The notes below the pieces were generated by a model, which searched no databases, was not told the DNA's origin, and saw only the letters and a program-made list of their open reading frames with translations. A program made the position numbers and the translations under genes. Shown piece by piece: positions 25,405-37,900 of a DNA stretch of 64,000 nucleotides; position 1 is the first letter of the stretch, and the number at the start of each line of letters is the position of its first letter. The DNA is from Camelus dromedarius (taxonomy: Eukaryota), in assembly GCF_036321535.1 (NCBI RefSeq), contig NC_087436.1, positions 96,412,001-96,476,000 of the forward strand, read 5' to 3'.

Positions 25405-28400
25405 GTTTTTCAGTCAACCAAAATATAATCTGATACATTATGGTAGACTAGTGTGATGTCTTTCCCAGGGCTGAGATGATGGAATTCTTTTAAGACTATA
25501 TTTTGACAGTGAGGTAGGGACATAGTTGAGGCAAGAGAATGAATGTGAACTTCTGTGGATCTATGTTGAGAAGTTTTTAAACCTTCCTCCTGATGGTATC
25601 GAAAATGATGCATTTACCAGATCAATTGGAACATATCAGCGCCAAAGGCCATGTTTTTTTGTTTGTTTGTTTTTTGCCTTTAAAATCTTTTATTGTCACT
25701 TTTTTAACATTTTTTATTGAGTTATAGTCAATTTACAATGTTGTGTCAAATTCCAGTGTAGAGCACAATTTTTCAATTATACATGAACATATATATATTC
25801 ATTGTCACATTCCTTTCTCTGTGAGCTACCATAAGATCTTGTATGTATTTCCCTGTGCTATACAGTATAATCTTGTTTATCTATTCTACAATTTTGAAAT
25901 CCCAGTTTATCTCTTCCCACTCCCACCCCCTTGGCAACCACAAGTCTGTATTCTATGTCTATGAGTCTATTTCTGTTTTGTATTCATGCTTTGTTTCTTT
26001 TGTTTGTTTGTTTGTTTTGTTTTTTTTAGATTCCACATATGAGTGATCTCATATGGTACTTTTCTTTCTCTTTCTGGCTTACTTCACTTAGAATGACATT
26101 CTCCAGGAGCATCCATGTTGCTGCAAATGGCATTATGTTGTCGGTTTTTATGGCTGAGTAGTATTCCATTGTATAAATATACCACATCTTCTTTATCAAG
26201 TCATCTGTTGATGGACATTTAGGCTGTTTCCATGTCTTGGCTATTGTAAATAACGCTGCTATGAACATTGGGGTGCAGGTGTCATCCTGAAGTAGGGTTC
26301 CTTCTGGATATAAGCCCAGGAGCGGGATTCCTGGGTCATATGGCAAGTCTATTCCTAGTCTTTTGAGGAATCTCCATACTGTTTTCCACAGTGGCTGTAC
26401 CAAACTGCATACCCACCAGCAGTGTAGGAGGGTTCCCTTTTCTCCACAGCCTCTCCAGCATTTGTCATTTGTGGACTTTTGAATGATGGCCATTCTGACT
26501 GGTGTGAGGTGATACTTCATTGTACTTTTGATTTGCATTTCTCTGATAATTAGTGATATTGAGCATTTTTTTTTTCATGTGCCTTTTGATCATTTGTATG
26601 TCTTCCTTGGAGAATTGTTTGTTTAGGTCTTCTGCCCATTTTTGGATTGAGTTGTTTATCATAATAAAATTTATATGGAACCATCAAAGACCTAGAATTG
26701 CCAAAGCATTACTGAAGAGAAAGAAAGAGGCTGGAGGAATAACTCTCCCAGACTTCAGACAATACTATAGAGCTACAGTCATCAAGACAGCATGGTATTG
26801 GTACAAAAACAGACATAGACCAATGGAACAGAATAGAGAGCCCAGAAATGAACCCACAAACTTTTGGTCAACTCATCTTCGACAAAGGAGGCAAGAATAT
26901 ACAATGGAATAAAGACAGTCTTTTCAGCAAATGGTGTTGGGAAAACTGGACAGCAGCATGTAAAACAATGAAGCTAGAACACTTCCTTACACCATACACA
27001 AAAATCAACTCAAAATGGATCAAAGACTTAAACATAAGACAAGATACAATAAACCTCCTAGAGGAAAATATAGGCAAAACATTATCCGACATACATCTCA
27101 AAAATTTTCTCCTAGAAGAAATAAAAGCAAGAACAAACAAATGGGACCTAATGAAACTTACAAGCTTCTGCACAGCAAAGGAAACCATAAGTAAAACAAA
27201 AAGACAACCTACGGAATGGGAAAAAATTTTTGCAAATGAAACCGACAAAGGCTTGATCTCCAGAATATATAAGCAGCTCATACGACTCAATGAGAAGAAA
27301 ATAAACCAAAGGCCATGTTGATCTGTTCTAGTGAAGACATCACATCTTGCACAGCAGCTGCAATTAGAACTACCACTTGGTTAAGTTTATGGTGGCCTCT
27401 AATGGCCTGCCATGATCTCCTGAGTTTATTATGCAGGGATTATACTATGCATCCTTTAGATTTTTGAGCATGGTACTAATCTGTGATACTCCACCAGACA
27501 TTTGGTATTGCTTTTGATTTACTATCTTGGCTGAGGAAGGGGGACTGTTGTAAGGGTTTGGCCTTTGCTATCATGATGAGTCTTACTCTGAAGATTAGAG
27601 ATCTATTGGGAGACTTGTACAGCAGCTTTGAATATCCATCCTAGTTATGTACTCAGGGACTAGGGAAATGACAACACGATAAACCTCTGGAACAATTAGA
27701 CCTACAGTGATGGGGACATGGGCTAAGACTCCATTTGTAGCCTGCATGTCTCCATTTGAACAGATAGATGATGATGACATCTTAGTTTTCTTGGTGTCAC
27801 TGCTCAGATCCTGTACCCAGCAGTCCTCAAAAGAACTGGCTACTTTTTTCTCTCCAGTTGGGTTCATCTAGTAAATAGCTCTGTATTGCTTTAGGGATAG
27901 ATTTTGGGACTGTCAAATATGAATATGTTCTGTGGTGTTTCAGGATCCTTCTTTAAGGGGTTCTGGATTCCCCTTCAATTTATGGGCTCTGGAACTGAAA
28001 ACTGGCTCAGGTCTGGAAAGTGGAAGAAGGATCATGATTTTCCAATGCAGCAGCTGCTTATCAGCTCATGATCATTTTTGTTTATGTAAGTCAGGCTATG
28101 TCCTCATTGACTGCTCAACTTATCTTACCCTTAGGAGTCCAATGCTCTCTTAGTCCCTTGTTGCCAGCCTACCTTTGTCCTGTCATAGTAATTATATCCA
28201 TCTTGCCTCTGATGAGTAAGTGCAATATCTGGCCTCTGATGTTTCAGAATGCCATCATCTGCATTGTTTCATTGACAGTAGGGAGCTCAGTTCCATAGCA
28301 ACATATTGTACCATTGACCTTGGCTGCAGAGAACAGACAATACTGAGATTCTCAGCAATACCAGTGTTCCCCTCATTAATGCATTTCCTATTGATTTAGT

Positions 28401-28620
28401 GAAGTAACTGTTACTTTTCCTTCCTCCCTTTGGATCATACAGTTGGTAGTTTCTCTGGTCTCACATAATAATACTCTCTTGTTTGCCCACTGCTCTGAGC
28501 CTACTGTCCCAATTTTCAATAAGCTTCCAAGGCAGGTCTGGCACCTTCATATTATTTACTGTCATTAGCATGTTCAGTAATATGTAGGTAGCCATCCCAG
28601 CAACATTTGAGGACCATTTT
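25405..28620 (-). mobile_element. ERV-L internal remnant (gag end - protease - RT), split by an L1 at 25656-27305
   Basis: Minus strand: F*GLLGTGSE (protease DTG degenerated), NGVLAHVPITVG...[68 protein letters not shown] and KDITLVYH. These are collinear with ERV-L pro/RT. Confidence 0.85.
25656..27305 (-). mobile_element. Young 5'-inverted L1: 25656-~26660 sense on the minus strand, ~26661-27305 inverted
   Basis: ORF 26026-26538(-) is the ORF2 C-terminus ([16 protein letters not shown]). ORF 26848-27321(+) is the adjacent upstream ORF2 region ([22 protein letters not shown]). Perfect TSD ccaaaggccatgtt at 25642-25655 and 27306-27319. Confidence 0.95.
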
Positions 28621-28655
28621 CATGTGTAACCACCCCACAATGTATATGCTAGAAG

Positions 28656-28845
28656 CAGTGATTCTCAAAATTGGGTCTACGTCAGAATTCCCTAGAGGGC
28701 TTGTTAGAACACAAATGGCTAGACACTATCCCGCAGTTTCTGATTTAGTAGGTTTTGGTCGGGGCCTTAAAATTCTCATCTCTAAGAAGCACTCAGGTGG
28801 TGCTGATGCAGCTGGTCCAGGGACAATACTTAGAGGACCATTTAG
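28656..28845. mobile_element. MER5A-like hAT-Charlie MITE
   Basis: cagtgattctcaaa...tcagaattccctagagggcttgttagaacaca...gtttctgatttagtaggt...caggtggtgctgatgcagctggtcca. Confidence 0.8.
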
Positions 28846-31149
28846 CTAGAACATAGGGTAAGGTCATCACTTAGCCTTGCATCTCCCTGTTGCCCAAACC
28901 CAACTACCTAATGTTAAATTTCTTCACGTGATTTGCCATTTGGTGACACAGATGGTCAGTGTTAAGTAAGTGAGAACATATGATAAACATGTTTTAGTAT
29001 ACATTTTTGTTTATTTATAGCAGCACTACAGTGATGCATAGCATAATACTTGCTTTGGGGTTAGTTATGAGTCTTTTTGCTGCTCCAATAATTTCTCAAT
29101 TTTTATTCTCAAACAGCATAGATGAGTGACAGTGGTAAATGTTGTCCATTTCAGTGATGCCCAAAGTCTGTCCTGATTGGACTCTGACTGGCCTCCACAT
29201 AAGAGACTAGGTCCTCAATAGGCTATCAACTCATATTTTAAAAGTGTAAGCCAGAAAACATCATTTCCCAAGTTAAAATTTTGTTACATACTGAATTTTA
29301 ATGTAATGTTTCATTCACTGAATGAATTCCAAGATAATAAAATGAGATAGCAAAGAGTCTTTGAAGAAGATCGACAATGAGAAATTTGCTGTCCAAATAA
29401 TGTTCAGATTTGACTCCTCAGCCTAGCTTACCACTCCCACCTCTTAAGTCAGCTTGCCTACGTACAGGCTACCAAGATCAATTGTGAATTTCAGATGTTC
29501 AGCAAGCTGTCAGATGCTGCCTAGACGTTTCCAAGGAAACAGCTTTGCTTATCAGCAGTTGTCTTCACAGAAGAACCAACTTTAAATACACTATTTCCTG
29601 GATGTAGAAGCAATCAGCTAGGGTACTTGAACCACTGAAAAGCCCACAGACCTTATTTAAACTATACTATAGACAAAAATAAAAGCATCTCGCAGTCTTC
29701 TTAATTTGAAAGATAGGTCCAAGGAAATATATAATTTAGATTCCTGCATTTTCTATATAAATGAAGGACCTGTGCATAAAACTCTTAAAATATTGAATAA
29801 TGTAGTTTAGGCAAAATGTCTGAATTTTTAAATTTCTCTTCATCGTGGCATTACTTTCAGCAAGATTATTTTAAAATTTTATGTTTGAAACTTTATGACA
29901 TAATATTTTAACCTGTATAGCTGATTCCACATGTAAATTAATTGCAACTCTGGATCAGCTGGGAGCACAGAGTCAATTTGGATCATCATTCCCAGAGTCT
30001 TGAATTTTAGTAAAATTTCAGAACCTATGTTCCCAAATAATGTTTAAAATTGCCCACATGGAAGAAAATTAAGTGTATTTAGAGATGTGCCGACTGAATT
30101 AAATGCACTCCTCTGACATGCAGGGACACTGCTATCAGAATCCCACAAGTCTGCAGTAAGCACATTTACCTGGAAGCCCATCTGGCCAACAATTGCTGGC
30201 AGCCCCTACAGGAATGCATGGGTGATTGGGTCTTTAAATTCACTGTGGGTGTGTTACAGATTTCTCCCAAAGAGCTGTGCATAAACTTGTAGAAAATGCA
30301 CTTCAGCCTGTTATTCATTGATTAACCTTTAAAATAACCTCTTGTCTTAGAGGTTTTAAAATTTCTGTATCTTTTCTTTGCCAGGGAATGCTTAATGAGC
30401 AAAGTAAAAGGGCAGAGAAGCAAATGGTACCAGTTTGGGAAAATGATTTTAGACTAATTTTTGTTTGCTTCTTAATTAGCCCTTATGTTGGTCTAATAGC
30501 CTTAATGTATTTGAATCACATCATGGAAAGATATATTTATATTTGTAATTTATAGGAGTTTTTAAATAGATGAAGAGTTAAACCTGTTAGTACGTGAGAA
30601 ACAGAACAATAAATGAGAATTTATAATGAAAAACAACACCTCTCTATTCAGGGAATGGAGTGGGTCTCACAGTCAAAAAGGTTTCATGGAAAGAGAGAGA
30701 CCCAAGATAGGCTTTGAAAAATACAGGATATTTTTAGCATTATGTGTAATCATGGGAGGTATCAAAAATGTCAGACTAATAAGCCTGATTCTGATACCTC
30801 TTTAAAAATGGGTGTTTTTCTAGGTATTTATTAAAAGGAAATAATTGGAAAGGTGAGCAAAGACGTGTATTCACGTTGGTTCATGACTTCTTGTTTATAT
30901 GCATTTAAATGAGGCTCCCTAGAGGATTTATACTAAATAAGTTGTGATAGTATCACTCAATTGGAATATTAGGCAGCAGTTAAAAATAATATAGATCTTT
31001 AACTTTATGTATTGAGTGAAAATAGCAGGTTATGGAAGAGCATGATACCTTTGCTAGTGTTTCTACAGGTCTTTGAAAGATTTACTGTGGATGTGCCGAA
31101 TATCTGTTCCTAATAGTAAATAGTAACTACTATTACTAGTATTACTACT

Positions 31150-31345
31150 ATTGCTACTACTACAAATCTTCTGAGCTTCCCATATCATAAGCACTGCGTA
31201 TTCAATTTTACATACACTATTTTTACAAGGCTCATAAACACTCTGAGGTAAATATTATTTTATAGATGAGTAACTTGAGAAGTTAAGCAACTGGTCCAAG
31301 TTTGCAGTTATTTGCTGGCAGAAGCAGGACTGAAACTCAGGATTG
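31150..31345 (-). mobile_element. MIR SINE
   Basis: tgaggtaaatattattttatagatgagtaacttgagaagttaagcaactggtccaag...gcagaagcaggactgaaactcagg. Confidence 0.6.
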
Positions 31346-32352
31346 CCTGGGTATAAATAAAAATCAATCTATTTTATAAGTTAATAGTGTTCTATCTTTT
31401 TCAAGTGATTTTTACTTTAATTGTCTCAATTATCACAGCAATCCTGTAAGGTAAACTAATCAGATATCATTGTTTTTGTATTTATAGACAAATATTATCC
31501 ATTTTTACATTTACATGTCTTCTCTGTAGAAGAACATCAAAATTTATATACAGTCCGTCCTTTCTCCTTTTTTTTTGTTTGCCCCTTTTTCTTCTCTGTG
31601 AAAATTGCTGAGTTTGGGAAAGGATCTGGGTGGGGGTAGACCTAGCTCTTCCTCCTTCTTGCTCTAGCAATTCAGATACCTTTAGATAAATGCATTCACC
31701 GCTGTTCTCTGTGCTGGAAGCTTTATAGGGGCAGATGACTTTGCAGGGAGGCTCCTGGTTGTCTAGTGCTGTGTAGGATGGGGTGGCAAACTCTGTGTCC
31801 TTCTGGGGTTCAGTATCAGGATGACATCATTGCTTTATTCTTAAGCTAACTTTACAATGTTTATCTATAAATAAAAAAAGTGCTATTCCAATTTATCATT
31901 TGCATTAGTTTTTGATCTAATTTTTCTGTCGAATCAGTACAAGGAAGAGTAAATAAGGGCACACATACTGGGTCCCCCCTTTAATGCTGACAATCGTGAG
32001 GATTCAAAGTGAATTTGGTAATTTGGCAGCAGGGCAAAAGTAAGGCCATGAAGTGTAGCTTTTGTAACCATAATGTTGTTCTCAGAGATTAAATCTTTAA
32101 TTAGATGAGTACAGAAGAGTGGAACCTGGTTTGGCAATAATTTGTGAGAAAAAACTTACAGATTTAATTTTATCACAAATGCAGTGACTGGAAACTACTA
32201 CAGGATTGTTAGGGTCTGTAAATCAGGATGGTGAATAGCTTGTAAGAAATACGACTTCATTCAGTCAATCAGAAGATACTTCTTTTGTACTTTTTATATG
32301 CCAAAATTGGGTTAGTGTTTATGAGTGTGGGCTTTAGACTGACACTGCCTGT

Positions 32353-35299
32353 GTGTATGTGAAGGGTTTTTGTTTCTTTGTTTTTGTGTGGTGAGAATAC
32401 AACATGAGATACCTCCTTAAAATTTTTTGAAGTGTACAACAATGTTAACTATAATCACAATATTGTACAGCAGATATTAAGAACTTACTCATCTTGCATG
32501 ATTGAAACTCTGAACAGCAACTGCCCATTTCCCCTTCCCTAGCTGCTGGCAACACTATTCTATTCTCTGTTTCTGAGTTTGTGTTTAGATTCCTCATATA
32601 AATGGAATCATGCAGTCTTTGTCCTTCTGTGACTCGCTTATGTCACTTAGCATAGTGTCCTCCAGGTTCATCAGGTTGTCACAAATGGCATGATCCCTCT
32701 TTTTAAAGGCTGAATAGTATTCCACTGTATGTATCTACCACATTTTCATTATCCATTCATCCACCAATAAATATTTAAGTTATTGCCATATATTGACTAT
32801 CGTTAAGTAATGCTGTAGTGAACATGAAAGGGTAGATACATTTTTGGGATCCTGATTTCAATACTTTTGGATATCTACCTGCAAGTAGGATTGCTGGATC
32901 ATATAGTAGTTCTATTTTTAACTTTTTGAGGAACTCTCATACTGTTTTTCAAAGTAGTTGCACCATTTTATATTCTCACCAACATTGTATGAGGATTCCA
33001 ATTTCTCCATATCCTTGCCAACACTTATATATATATTTTGATATTAGCCATCTGGTTAAGTATAAGGCAGTATCTCATTGTGGTTTTGATCTGCATTTTC
33101 CTGATAATTAGTGATATTGAGTATTTTTTCATATACCTGTTGGCCATTTTATGTCTTCCTTGGAGAAATGTCCATTTAAGTCCTTTGCCCATTTTTGAAT
33201 CAAGTTATTTGTTTTGTTTTGTTTTTGCCATTAAGTTGTAAAAGTTCTTTAAATATTTTAAATATTAACTCTGTATCAGATACATGGTTTTTAACTATTT
33301 CTCCCATTCTGCTGATTGCCTTTTCACTCTGTTGATTGTTTCCTTTTGCTATGCAGAAGCTGTTTTGTTTGATATAATCCCACTTATATATTTTTGCTTT
33401 TTTTGCTTATGCTTTTGGTATCATATCCGAGAAATCCTTGCTAAGACTAATGTCACAAAGCTTTTCCCTTATATTTTCTTCTAGGAATTTTACAGTTTCA
33501 GGTCTTGTGTTTGAATCTGTAACCCACTTAGAGTTTATTTTTGTGTATGGTGTCAGATAAGGGTCCAATATCATTCTTTAGTCTAGAGGTATCCAATTTT
33601 TTCAACATGATTTTGCTGGAGAGATTCTTCTTTCTACATTATATATTCTTGACATCCTTGCTGAATGTAAGTTGACGATATGTGCTTGGATTTATTTCTA
33701 GATTCTATTGTTTTCCTTTGGTTTATACATCTGTTTTTACGCCAGTCTCATACTTTTAAAATTACTGTAGCTTTGTAATATATTTTGAATCATGAAATGT
33801 GATGCCTCCAGGTCTGTTCTTTCTTAAGACTGCTTTGGCTATTCAGGGTCTTTTTTTGTCTCCATACAAATTTTAGGATTGCTTTTTCTATTTCTGTGAA
33901 AAATACCATTGGGATTTTGATAGTTGTATTGAATCTGTAGATTGCTTTGGCTAGTATGCTTTTAAATGGTATTAAGCCTTCCAATACATGAACAGGGGAT
34001 GTCTTTCCATTTATTTATGTCTTTTTAAATTTCTTTCATCAGTGTTTTATAGTTTTTAGTGTACATGGCTCTTCAGTTTATTCCAAAGTATTTAATTCTC
34101 TTTGGTGCTATTGTACATGTTATTGTTTTCTTAATTTCCTTTTCAGATAGTCCCTTGTTAGTGTACAGAAATACAACTGATTTTTGGACATTGATTTTGT
34201 ACTGTCAACTTTACTGAGTTTTTCTTTTAAATTAGTTCCAATGTTGGTTTTTTTGCGTGAAGTCTTTAGGGTTTTCTATATGTCATCTGGAAACAGAGAT
34301 GATTTTTCTTCTTCTTTTCCAGTCTGTATATCTTGTATTTCTTTTTTTGCCAAATATCTCTAGTTAGGACTTCTAGTACTATGTTTAATTGAAGTGGTAA
34401 GTGAGCATTATTGCACTGTTCCTGATCATAAGAAAAGCTTTCAGTTTTTCATGGTTGAGTATGATGTTCGCTGTCAGCTTTTCATACACAGCCTTTATTA
34501 TGTTGAGATAAATTCCTTCTATATCTAGTTTATTAAGACTTTTTAAATCATGAAAGGGTGTTGAATTTGGCCAAGTTTTTTTCTGCATCGATTATTTAGA
34601 TGATTATGTGATTTTAATTTTTTATTCTGTAATGTGGTGAATCACATTTATTGACTTGTGTATGGTGAAAGATCCCTGCATCTCAGGGATAAATTCCACT
34701 TGACTATGGTGTATGATCCATTTCACGTGCTATTAAATTCAATTTGCTAGTATTTTGTTGAAGTTTTGTACATCTGTGTTCATCAGGGATATTGGCCTGA
34801 AGTTTTCCTTTCTTGTAGTGTCTTTGTTTGGAATTATCAAAGTCATGCTGGCCTAATTTTTGCAGGAGAGTTTTACCATGTCTAGTATTCTTGGCTGGAA
34901 ATTTTTTCTTTCAGAACATATATTTCTTTGAATATATCATCCCATTTCCTTCTGGCCTGCAAGATTTCTGCTGAGAAATTTGCTTATTGTCTTATAGTGC
35001 CTCCACTGCATGTGATGAGCTGCTTTTCTCTTGCTGCTTTTAAATTATCTTTGACTTTTGACAATGTGATCATAATGTATCTTGGTGTATACTTCTTTGT
35101 TTTCATCTTAAATGGGTCTGTTACCTACTTCAAAGTGTATGCTCTAAATTTTTATCTTGTCTAGGGTACTACAACTTCATAACTGGATTCTGGATTTCTC
35201 TTAAAGGTATTTTGGTCCATATATCATTGTTAAGTCAGTGTTTCTGTTGAGGAAGGAGTGATGAGACTTCCTATTCTGCCATCTTGCTGACCTAAATAG
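32353..35299 (-). mobile_element. Internally deleted L1 (L1MA-like) with 5' terminus, part of ORF1, 3' half of ORF2 and 3' UTR
   Basis: Minus strand order: 5' terminus gtcagcaagatggcagaatagg (~35291), ORF1 motifs KAAREKQLIT and FSAEILQARRKWDDIFK (~34860-35130), ORF2 from [12 protein letters not shown] (~34850) to the 3' UTR (~32370). TSD ctgacactgcctgt (32339-32352) / ctgacattgactgt (35300-35313). Confidence 0.82.
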
Positions 35300-35313
35300 C
35301 TGACATTGACTGT

Positions 35314-35525
35314 TTCTGAATCCATACTCTGCCACTTGACTCACTGTGTGACTTGAAACAATTCATTCAATCTTGTTGAGCCTCTCACATTTCTTATCTA
35401 TAAAATGGGATAATACTCACACCTATCAACAGGCTTTTGTGAGGATTTAATGAATTAATATCTGCTAAGTCATTAAGGAAGTGATAAGTATGTAGTAAAA
35501 TCTTGAAAAACATTGGCTATTATTA
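35314..35525 (+). mobile_element. MIR SINE (3' part; its 5' part lies at ~32320-32352, split by the L1)
   Basis: gagtgtgggctttagactgacactgcctg | tctgaatccatactctgccacttgactcactgtgtgacttg...cttatctataaaatgggataata. Confidence 0.75.
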
Positions 35526-35559
35526 TTAGTTTTATTATTATTGTTTTATATTCTGGGCT

Positions 35560-36613
35560 GATGACAATTCTGAATTTTAATTACAACTCATATACTGACT
35601 CTTAAATTAATGTTTTTAACTTTGACATGACTACTTGTGCCCTTCAGGTTTGCTTACTTAACATCACCTCCAAGTTTAATGAATTGGAAACTATACTAAT
35701 AACTATCCTGTGAAACTTGCCCCTCTGTCAGTGTTGCCTGTATCAGTGAATGGCATAATCATCCCCCTGGTTGTACAAACTAGAAACATAGGTGTTACCC
35801 TTAATATCCTTTTCCTTTAACTGCCATATAAGTCCTTTATCAAGTTCTGTTAATTTTACCTTCCAAACAACTTTTATATTTTTCTGTTTTCTAACTGCTA
35901 CATTAATTTGGTATAAGCTACCAGTATCACCCTGCCTGAACTCTTACACTAATTTCTTGAAAGCCATCTTTGTATCTACTCTATTCATTTAGTCCATCCA
36001 TTCTGTGAACAGAAGTCAGAGTGATAAAAAGGCATATCTAATCATATCACTTACCTACTTAAAACCCTTTTGGGACTACTTATTATTCTTGTAATTAGAC
36101 TTAAATCATTAACAAGATTCCAAAATCTCACATAACCTGGCCCTTCTTATGATTCTACACTCAACTTGTGTTGCTCTGTATCTTACACCTTGAGCGGCAC
36201 TCATACTGCAGTTCCTCCAATACGACATGAACATTTTTGTTTCAAGACCTCTGCACAGTACATAGGCTGTTCCCTTCACCTGGAATCCTTCCCCTACTTC
36301 ACCCAAGAACAACTACAGATCTTTCCAGTCTCGGCTTAAATGTGATTTCCATGGAGAAGTTCCCCTGATATCCCAGTCTAGATCAGGACCATATTCATAT
36401 TCTCAGTATACCTTATATTTCCTTCTAAAATCACTTATTGTTGTTTTAATTGCTGTTTAAAACAACTAATTATGCACTGATTGGTATGAATGCTTTTCCA
36501 GATAGAAGATAAATTCTGGGAGGACAAGGATTACATTTATCTTATTTATACGATGTCTTCATGATATCTAGCAAAGAGATGGCTCCTAATAAACATTAGC
36601 TGAATGAATGAAG
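35560..36613 (+). mobile_element. L2 LINE 3' portion
   Basis: atcagtgaatggcataatcatccccctggttgtacaaactagaaacatagg...gctgttcccttcacctggaatcc...; ends aataaacattagctgaatgaatgaa (L2 tail). Confidence 0.8.
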
Positions 36614-36624
36614 GAGTGGATGAT

Positions 36625-37900
36625 GTGATACCCCAGCTGAGTTTTGAAGAATGTGTAGGAGTTAACCATATGACTGGGGATGGAGAGGGTAGCAGAGAAT
36701 GCTTGGAGTAAGGAGGCACTAGAAGGAGAAATGCAAGAGATAGGAAGATGAGAGTGGCAAGAGATTAGCTGAATATTCAGGCAGAAGTAATGAAAAGCAC
36801 TGCGTACTATTTAAGACATATGGATTTTACACTGAAGACAGTTGGAAACTACATAAAGAATTTAAATAGCCAAGTGCCTGGATCTGATATGGAATTTGGC
36901 ATAAAACACTTAGCAGAAATGTAGAGAACGGATTGAAGAGAAGTAAATTTTGGGACAGGGAGACCAATCAGGGATGTGTTAGACTAATTGGCTTGAGAAA
37001 TGATGGCACCCTGAAGTAAGGCAGCTTGTAAGGATGGAGAGGGGATGAATTCTGAAGACGTTAAAGGGGTCTAACTGAGGGGCTTCATCACTGATTAGAT
37101 TTGGAGAGTAGGGAGGAGGGGCTATGGATTAGTCCTTGGTTTATATTTTGGACAACTAGATGGAGTGCTGGAATTCAAAAAGACAGTCAATAATGTATGA
37201 GAGACAAATTTAGTGGTGATGGTAAGATAGAGATTTGCTTCTGAATTGTTGTGTTTGAGGCACTTGAGAGATATCAGTGGAGCTGCCTAGTGATGGGTAT
37301 CGGAGGTAGCTGATGTCCTACAAGTGGAGACACTCATGCAAGAAGCAATGTAGAAATTCATTCCAAGAAGTCTTTGAGTACTCAGTAAATACTTTTAATG
37401 CTAAGAATATGCACACACATACAGATACAAAATTTTGGATACAAGTTTTGGGGGTTCACAGACATCCTGAAGGCCATTTTTTTTTCCTTTTTTGGCTTAA
37501 AAATAAGGAGAAATATAAGAGATAAACTTGGGTAAGTATAAAGGAGTGAACAAGCAAGACAAGTCCAAGAAGGATACTGCAATGGATTGACCAGAGACAT
37601 GGGTGAGAATAAATAAAAACTGTTGTCAGAGAAAACAAGAGAAGAACATTGTAAAAAGAAATACAGAATCAAGAGTATTGAGATGTTTTAGAAATGTAGA
37701 GGGACAATACTGAATAATGCTTTCAGTGATGTTGTAGAGGTGGCAGCCCAATTGCTTCCAAAGTTAAGGCAAAGTGAGGAAGTAAAACCAAGCATATGAT
37801 ACTCTTTTCCAGACAATGATTTTTATGGAAGAAGAAAACTAAGGTAATAGCTGAGAAAACATAGTTTCAAGGAAAGAATTTGTGTATTTTTTCATTTTTT
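36625..37900 (-). mobile_element. L2 LINE fragment
   Basis: agctgagttttgaagaatgtgtaggagttaacc...ggacagggagaccaatcaggga...gagaaatgatggcaccctgaagtaaggcag...ttgtgtttgaggcacttgagagatatc. Confidence 0.7.

Noticed and set aside
26026..27321. Long ORFs as host genes
   Set aside because: They are LINE-1 ORF2 fragments and their antisense shadows within a truncated, inverted element.
36300..36900. Tail-to-tail L2 pair as a possible L2-derived miRNA hairpin
   Set aside because: The minus-strand copy lacks its 3' terminus and I see no complementary stem across the junction.
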